A DNA stretch of 63,997 nt, counting the filler, from Raillietiella orientalis (lineage: Eukaryota), in NCBI GenBank assembly GCA_036172245.1. It is 3 parts of 3 records of this genome, joined end to end, with 100 filler letters (N's around TTAATTAATTAA, not from the genome) between each part and the next. Parts side by side here need not be neighbours in the genome. Positions count along the whole stretch, not along the records: positions 28,146 to 56,034 come from JAYWIR010000211.1; positions 56,135 to 63,997 come from JAYWIR010000296.1; 1 more part is not named here. One strand, 5' to 3'. Below the pieces are notes generated by a model. It did not search any database. It was not told the origin of the DNA and saw only the letters and a program-made list of their open reading frames with translations. The position numbers and the translations under genes are program-made. Positions 55,101-61,923 of this stretch are shown here, piece after piece (positions within the stretch are counted from its first letter, which is position 1; every line of letters starts with the position of its first letter).

Positions 55101-56034
55101 CCTTGAACCTCCAAATTCGGTCCACATAATGAATCAAATTGACGGAAAAAATTTCCTTTCTAATTCTGACTCTGGTAACCATGAAAACGAAACAGAGTCC
55201 AAAGAGCCCCACCCTAAGGAAAGGACGCACTCATCTCAATGTTCTTCTGAACCCAGTCAAATGGACGTTTGTGCGGCTATCCATGCCACGAATTTGCCGC
55301 TCGCTGCAAATGGACGCTTCGGGGAGAGGAGCAAAAGTTCAAAGGAGTCATCTACTGATTTCGAGTTGATTACAAACCCTTAAACGTCCAACTTCGCTCC
55401 ACATTATGAATCAAAGTGAAGAAAAACCTTCCCTTTCTAATTCCGACACTGGTAACCATGAAAACGAAACAGAGTCCAAAGTGCCCCACCCTAAGGAAAG
55501 GACGCACTCATCTCAATGTTCTTCTGAACCCAGTCAAATGGACGTTTGTGCGGCTATCCATGCCACGAATTTGCCGCTCGCTGCAAATGGACGCTTCGGG
55601 GAGAGGAGCAAAAGTTCAAAGGAGTCATCTACTGATTTCGAGTTGATTACAAACCCTTAAACGTCCAACTTCGCTCCACATTATGAATCAAAGTGAAGAA
55701 AAACCTTCCCTTTCTAATTCCGACACTGGTAACCATGAAAACGAAACAGAGTCCAAAGTGCCCCACCCTAAGGAAAGGACGCACTCATCTCAATGTTCTT
55801 CTGAACCCAGTCAAATGGACGTTTGTGCGGCTATCCATGCCACGAATTTGCCGCTCGCTGCAAATGGACGCTTCGGGGAGAGGAGCAAAAGTTCAAAGGA
55901 GTCATCTACTGATTTCGAGTTGATTACAAACCCTTAAACGTCCAACTTCGCTCCACATTATGAATCAAAGTGAAGAAAAACCTTCCCTTTCTAATTCCGA
56001 CACTGGTAACCATGAAAACGAAACAGAGTCGAAA
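28146..56034 (+). repeat. Tandem satellite array, 277-bp monomer (276- and 272-bp variants), ~100 head-to-tail copies
   Basis: ATGAATCAAA...CGGTCCACATA recurs every 277 bp (28297, 28574, 28851 ... 55683). No inversions or insertions seen. Both ends run into gaps. Confidence 0.99.
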
Positions 56035-56134
56035 NNNNNNNNNNNNNNNNNNNNNNNNNNNNNNNNNNNNNNNNNNNNTTAATTAATTAANNNNNNNNNN
56101 NNNNNNNNNNNNNNNNNNNNNNNNNNNNNNNNNN
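56035..56134. other. Artificial assembly gap/linker (N44-TTAATTAATTAA-N44)
   Basis: 100 bp with TTAATTAATTAA at 56079-56090. Confidence 0.95.
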
Positions 56135-56259
56135 CTGCGCCGGTCTGCGCACCAGTAGCCCGGCAAGCTATATCTTTCCAGGGCGTGGCTGGACTACTGG
56201 TCCAGTCACAGATTGTATAGATTTATTCGTGAGAATAAACGTCCCGGCGCACCCGGGTT
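56135..56259 (+). mobile_element. 3' terminus of a LINE (E9), cut off by the gap
   Basis: AATAAACGTCCCGGCGCACCCGGGT at 56234-56258 matches the E2 terminus. GGTCTGCGCAC also occurs in the E5 3' UTR. Confidence 0.7.
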
Positions 56260-56606
56260 TCAATGGAGATTCCGGAGCGTGACGCCTCTCAGGTATTCGC
56301 GAAGGTGTTCCTTCGTACCTGAGAGTCGCGTCCAGTCCCCCGGCAGACGCCAATCCCTGGATGACGGTCCCTTGTCGCGAGGCCGTATCTCGAAAATTAA
56401 CCGGGAATGGTCCGACAACGTCGACGGAACCCTTCCCCGTTTGCCGACCCGTGAACACAGGTCGGCGTCGAGGAAGACGTGGTCGATGCTGCGGACCATT
56501 CCCCTCTCACCCGCGAACAAGTTGCGCGCACGCATGGCGGCGCACAACTCGTTCATCGCGTTCACTTGTGTTTCTGGCTCACCTGTTAGCAGACAGAGAT
56601 TGAAAT
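56260..56606 (-). mobile_element. Downstream part of outer LINE E10: C-terminal half of the endonuclease
   Basis: FNLCLLTGEP...SIDHVFLD...LSDHSRLIF continues exactly from IAGDFN at 61924-61942 and aligns with E7. Confidence 0.88.
56598..56606. repeat. 9-bp target-site duplication GATTGAAAT of E11 (partner at 61924-61932)
   Basis: An identical 9-mer flanks both ends of E11, and removing E11 plus one copy restores GDFN-LCLL of E10. Confidence 0.88.
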
Positions 56607-56919
56607 TTATCACCCGGTCACGCCAGGGCGTTTATTTATAATAAGAAACTGGTCAGGGACAATGTCCTCAGCCAACAGAACGACAGAGAACATAGAAAAA
56701 TTACCGGCAGGCAGGCCTGGTAAACAAACCGCTCGCAGCGTGGGGAGAATGAGGGGAAACAAACAAAAATATAAAACTGGAGAGAAGGGTAACGGGATTT
56801 TAATTAGGCTCCGTACTCACGGGGATTTGAACGATGAGCACCTAAAATGTTCCGGAGCCTATGGGGACGCGGGTGTAAAAAGAAAATACAAATTTAGTTT
56901 ATGGAGGGTAGGGCAATGA

Positions 56920-59900
56920 TCACCGGGTTGGCCGCTGATGAGGGTGTGTAAACCGGCGGTGTATTGCGGCGAGATTCCTCTTTGTCTCCTCTGTCAAATA
57001 TGGCCATCTAGCGGATGCTCTCATGTAGAAGGATGCTTTGCTAATTACCTCTCGGTGCTGTGCGTTGATTACCAACGCCTGGCGGACGGAAAGTATCGCG
57101 CGTATGCTACCGATAGTTGCAATCCTTGCGCTTAGTGACAGCCCGCTCGGCGTGAAGAATCGTCGCAGCAAGTCTCTTGCGGTGTCCACGGGATGCATTA
57201 GTGCTGTTGCCAGCCTACGCCACAGTCCTTGTAGGACACCGCAGTCCAGAAGTAGGTGCGGAATCGACTCCGTCGATCCGCACCGAACGCAGTTCGCAGA
57301 CGCAAGTCCCCCGGAGTCACGATGCCAACGCTCGTTGCACTGAAAACCCCAGTGAACGAAAAGCAGCACGGCTTGTTTCCAAGCAAGGGGGAGCAGCGAA
57401 CTGTCAATACACTGTGGAGGAACTACAAGTTCTTCGGGGGTGACAGCAAGTTCTTCTGCCCATCGGAGGAGTCCCTTTGCAGTAACACGAGGAGTGGCGG
57501 CGTCCGGCAACTCACTCGTCTTCCAGGCGCCAAGGATTTTGGTTTTTCCCGCTATCGTGCAGGAAACCTCCCACCTCGCCGGTTGGTAACTGTCGTTTCT
57601 AGCCCTGAGGGCAGACAGCGCTGCGGCAAGAGGCGTGGCAGCCAGGGTAGAAAACTTCACCTCGTCCTGCAGTACTTCTTCAAAGGATCGTGGAAAAAAT
57701 TGACGCAGGGGGCGAAGATCTTCAGGGCGTATTCCTTGGAACGCCGCCCAGGATTCAACAGACTCCTGCCGCCAAGCTTCAAACTTCATTGGGCGGCAGG
57801 AGATCCACGAGTGAGCTTCCAGAAGTGCGGTCAACGGCCGCAATGGAAACCCGAAACCCCGCTTCCTGTATTGAGTGCCCGGCAAAAGCGAGAGAAATCC
57901 TCCGCTGCCGGCGCATCTTTGCAGGAGAATGCGGGCTGGCACACACAGGGGGGATGTCCATAGCTGGGCACACTGTGCCAGCAGTCGGAACTGCACCTGC
58001 AGTCCGATTCGTTCCATTGTCAAGATACCTAAACCAGCATCCCGACGCGGAGCTAACAAATCTTTGAGGCGGATTCTGGATCTCGCCGGACCCCAGAGAG
58101 CGTTTCTGAGCAGGCGTTTAGCCCGCTGTTTTGCCGCATAGGGGGGGTCCAAAACAAAAAACAGGGGACGGAGGAGGGGGGCCACAAAGGTGTTTCAAAT
58201 GGTCGCCCGTTCCTGCGAGGTAAACTTGCCGTTAAAGAACGGGCTGATGGCCAACTCTGCTTTCTGAAGACAGTCCGCCCACGCTTCGGTTGCGCCGAAA
58301 GCGCCCAACGGAACGCCAAGGTACTTAAGGTACCCGCCCGTGGGGATCCCCAGGCGGATCCAGTCGGACTGCCCCTCCCACAACGTACCCACAGGAACGA
58401 CCACGCTCTTCTCTCTGTTCACGCTCACGCCCGCTCCCCTACGAATCAGGTCGAAGAAATCCTCGACACTGGACGCCGGGATGGACATGGGGAGCAGAAG
58501 AAGCAGGTCATCAGCGTAGGCGGCCACGGCAGGCGTTCCCGGGCAGGAGCACGGCAAGTGAGACAGCGTCAGCCTGTATGCTCTTAGCACCAACTCAAAG
58601 AAGATGCTGATCAGCAACGGGCTTAAGCTGTCGCCCTGTGGGATGCCCCTACGAACGGGAATAGCATACACGCGGCAGCCGCTGAAAGTAATGCAGGTTA
58701 GCGCGTGGCGCCAGCACGCACGCAAATACAGCAGGAGTTGCGCCGGGAACCCAAGCCGTTCGATAAGCTCCAAAAGCAGCTTCTGGTTTACGCAGTCGAA
58801 CGCCTTGTGGAGATCGACCGCGACCGCCAAGGCACCTGGCGTTCCCTCCTGCCGTCGGCGCCTGTTCTTCTTGCCTGCGGCAGTGACTTTCGCAGCAGCC
58901 TGGCTTTGCTGCGCCACAACTTCCTGCAGCTGCATCCATGTACGCGCGAAAAGGATGTTCGCCTCCATGGATCGTCCCGGAACCGCGTAGGTTTGTTCCG
59001 GGCTCACCACAGATTCCGCGATACTTCCTAACCGCGCAACCCACAGCTTGGAAAACAACTTGACGTCCGAGTTCACCAAGGTGATCGGACGCCAGTTGTT
59101 AAGTTGACGCAAGTCTCCGCCTTTCGGTAGGAGACGCACCTTCGCTGAGCGGAAGGAATCCGGGACATTCCCGGATTCACTCATCAGCGTCGCGAGTTTC
59201 AGCATCAAGGGAATGAGCTCCACTGCAAAGCACTGATAAAACTCTGCAGGGAGCCCATCCTCGCCTGGCGCCTTTCGTCTCTTCAGCCCAGCGATTGCGG
59301 ACGAAAATTCATCCGCCGTGAAGGGCTCGTTGAGACGTTCGCGTTCCTCCTCGCCGACAACACGAGCATCCTGAGACAGGAGTATCTCAGAGAGAATATC
59401 CTCCGTCGGGGATTCCGCGTACAGAGAGGAGTAGTAGCGTCTCACAATGCGGCGTACTTCGGCTGGGGCCGAACATTCCTGGCCCTTGTCGTCCAACAGG
59501 CATGCTGCTCCGGACTGCCAGACCTGGCGCTCGACCCTCGCCTTGTACTCTGCGAGACGCCCGTCATCGGCGCGTCTCGATTCGTAACGACGAGATCGAT
59601 GGACTCGGACCACTTGATGACAAGCTGGCCTATCCGTCCGTCGTCATCGAAACGAACACTACGCACCGCTTCCGCCATTTTTCCTCTTACGAGGAACGCG
59701 ACGCCGCACGTGTGTGCGCCGCCGCACCGTCAATGTAGCGTTCCGCCTGCGCGCTCCTCGATTTCGGCTACCTGCTCGTCGGAGATTACGTGAATCTCCT
59801 GCAGGAGCGCGAGGTCGAAGGGGCGCAGGGCGTTGGCTACTAATCGCCTCTTCTTGTCGTTCTGTAGTCCGTTCGCGTTCCAACACGTTACGGACAGACG

Positions 59901-59924
59901 ACGAGAAGACGCGATTCCCCGCAT
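56920..59924 (-). pseudogene. E11 ORF2 (endonuclease N-half, reverse transcriptase, C-terminal CCHC zinc finger)
   Basis: CWNANGL, LLQEIH, CGVAF, then a deletion and frame change near 59580. Intact RT motifs (WRPITLVN, DLHKAFD, PQGDSLSP, YADD, KYLG) and CVRCGSTESIPHLLLDC. In-frame TGA at 59730 and 58195. Would extend to TAA 56899 if TGA is sense. Confidence 0.9.
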
Positions 59925-61851
59925 TACTGCTGGGAAGGTGGCGGCTTTTTGTTCGCTTTATGCGGCGAGCAGACGGCGAGCAGCACGACTGGCTGGAGGG
60001 GACGGTCGCAACCGTCCTCTCTGGTGCTGCATGCATGTAATGCCTCCACGCCAGGCTTATCCCCGTAGGGTTTCGTGGAGACTTCGCGTGGCTTAGCGGC
60101 TAGAGTTGCCTGGCTGCCTGCTTTTGATAGGCGCGCACACGCTTTCGAACGAGTTGTCCTCGTCTCGGTGATCGGAACGGCTTCCATTTCGGAGTCCGAC
60201 CGGCGCATGTTCGATCGGGTTTCGGCCTTCCGCGAAGTAGTGACAGGTTCTGCTGGATAGACAGCTGTCCTGTTCTCTTTTTCCGTCTCCAGAGCATCGC
60301 TTTGGTGACGGCTGCTTTCCCGGCGCGCGCGTTTTCAGCGTGCTCACGCGCAGTTGCACGAGGGACCTTTGCTGGAGTCTTCTTTACTTCATTACGGTTC
60401 CTGACTTCGCGTGGCGCCGTAAATGGAGATTGTGCTCCATTGCCATCTTTGAAGCCATGCGCGTCTTTGGACGGGAGCACTTTGGATGGCTTCGACACGC
60501 TCGTCATGGACGCTGCCTTCGGAAGGGCTTTTAATTCCTTCGTTGGCATGGCATCCGCGCCAGTCGAGAGCTTGCTCTCCGATTGCGACGGCGTGAGATT
60601 TTTCTCCGCTTCCGCGGTGTTGGATCGCGACGCGGATTTTTATTTGCCGACTTTCGAAGTCGACACTGCACAACCCTTCTTACCCGATTTGGGCTTCTCA
60701 GCTACTGCAGGAGGTAAAGGAATGGATCTGACGGTACTGGAAGTGTCCTTACCGCCGTTGTTCATTGACGTCCCCGCCGGTTGCTCGAACTCCGAAAGAG
60801 CCGGGCGTGCTTGGGAAGGACAGCTATTGCGCCTAGGGGGACTTACCATTGCCCCGGATTCCCCGCACCCTTTCTTTTGCGGCTCCCCTGCCGCGAGAGG
60901 GGGCGCGCAGGGCTTCGCGTGCGAGGTTTCCTGCTGCTTTGGGGCGACATTCCGCCTCGCGTTTTTTCGAAATTTCTGCCGTGGTGTCTCCAGGTTTTTC
61001 GCAGATTTTTTCTTTTTATCCGCGCTTTGTTTTTTAAAATGGAGCTCCGCGGCTGCCTTTTTTCGCAAAAGATCCGGGCAATTTTTCAATTGGTGCCCGG
61101 ATAGTTTGCAATAACGGCATTTTCCAGAGGGGCATTTATTTAAACAATGCCCCTCCTTCCCGCATTGCCCGCACGTTCTTACTTTGCTTACGAACCACAG
61201 GTGAACGACCGTGTCTTTCACTTGTAGTTTGGTGGGCAGCAGACGGCGGTCCGGCATTGTAAGCCGGACACCAGCGAATCCGCTATGTATGGATGGGAAG
61301 TCCTTGAGGCTGCTACGCATCCTCCACAGCGCATGGACCGTGGCGAATTTCGCCAATGCGTTCCGAATATCAATATCGGAGATTTCCGACTCGATGTCGA
61401 AAATCTCCACCACAAATGAGTCGTTTATGGCGGCCGGGAAGAACTTCTGGCCACGGATCGACAACGGAGCGCGCAGCAAGCGTTGCAGAAGTGCAGCGTC
61501 TTTGCAACGCACCTTGAAATAGCCCATGTCTTTTACGGGCATAATGGCGAGGAGGTCCTCCTCCCGCACGCCAACAAGGGGCAGTTCATCGTTGAACTGA
61601 TTCCCGTCGCGCGCAGAGAGAAAACCACTTACCTTATATCAGAGAGCAGGTCTATAGCCTTGGGCTACGTATGCCCGCAACTCCGAGTCGTCGAGTGGTT
61701 TCCCTTTGACGGCTGCTGTGGCAGCAACGTCTGCAAAACTCCTCTCCATTGGCGAGAAAGACGAAGTGGAGGTGGCCGTCGGTTCCGCGATTGCAGATCC
61801 GGGTGCTGTTCCTCCAACTTCAGTAGCTTCAAGTTGGGTCGACATCTTCAT
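59924..61851 (-). pseudogene. E11 ORF1 (nucleic-acid-binding zinc-knuckle protein)
   Basis: ORFs 61639..61869, 60640..61569 and 60100..60549 share a frame (TGA 61639, TAA 60640), then shift to 59924..60208 ending PPPSQQ-TAA. Knuckles CGQCGKEGHCLNKC and CRYCKLSGHQLKNC. Confidence 0.85.
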
Positions 61852-61923
61852 CAAAATGTACGACGCCAAGATGAAGCGGATGAAAGCACGGAGACGAGAG
61901 CGAAGAAAAACACGTCCGCACTC

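Larger units (their letters stand above)
56607..61923 (-). mobile_element. L1/Tx1-like LINE with both termini (E11, 5317 bp; internal endonuclease deletion), nested in E10
   Basis: 5' UTR, ORF1 with three CCHC knuckles, TAATG overlap, ORF2 EN-RT-zinc finger, 3' UTR, terminal AATAAACGCCCTGGCGTGACCGGGTG (56636-56611) and a 9-bp TSD. Confidence 0.95.

Noticed and set aside
28297..55937. Hundreds of 62-103 aa ORFs (MNQ.../MKTKQ...) as a tandem gene family
   Set aside because: They are translations of the satellite monomer. 1-bp and 5-bp deletions and stops spread freely through the array, and overlapping frames are equally open.
28146..56034. CRISPR-like array
   Set aside because: There are no unique spacers; the whole 277-bp unit repeats, and the context is eukaryotic LINE sequence.
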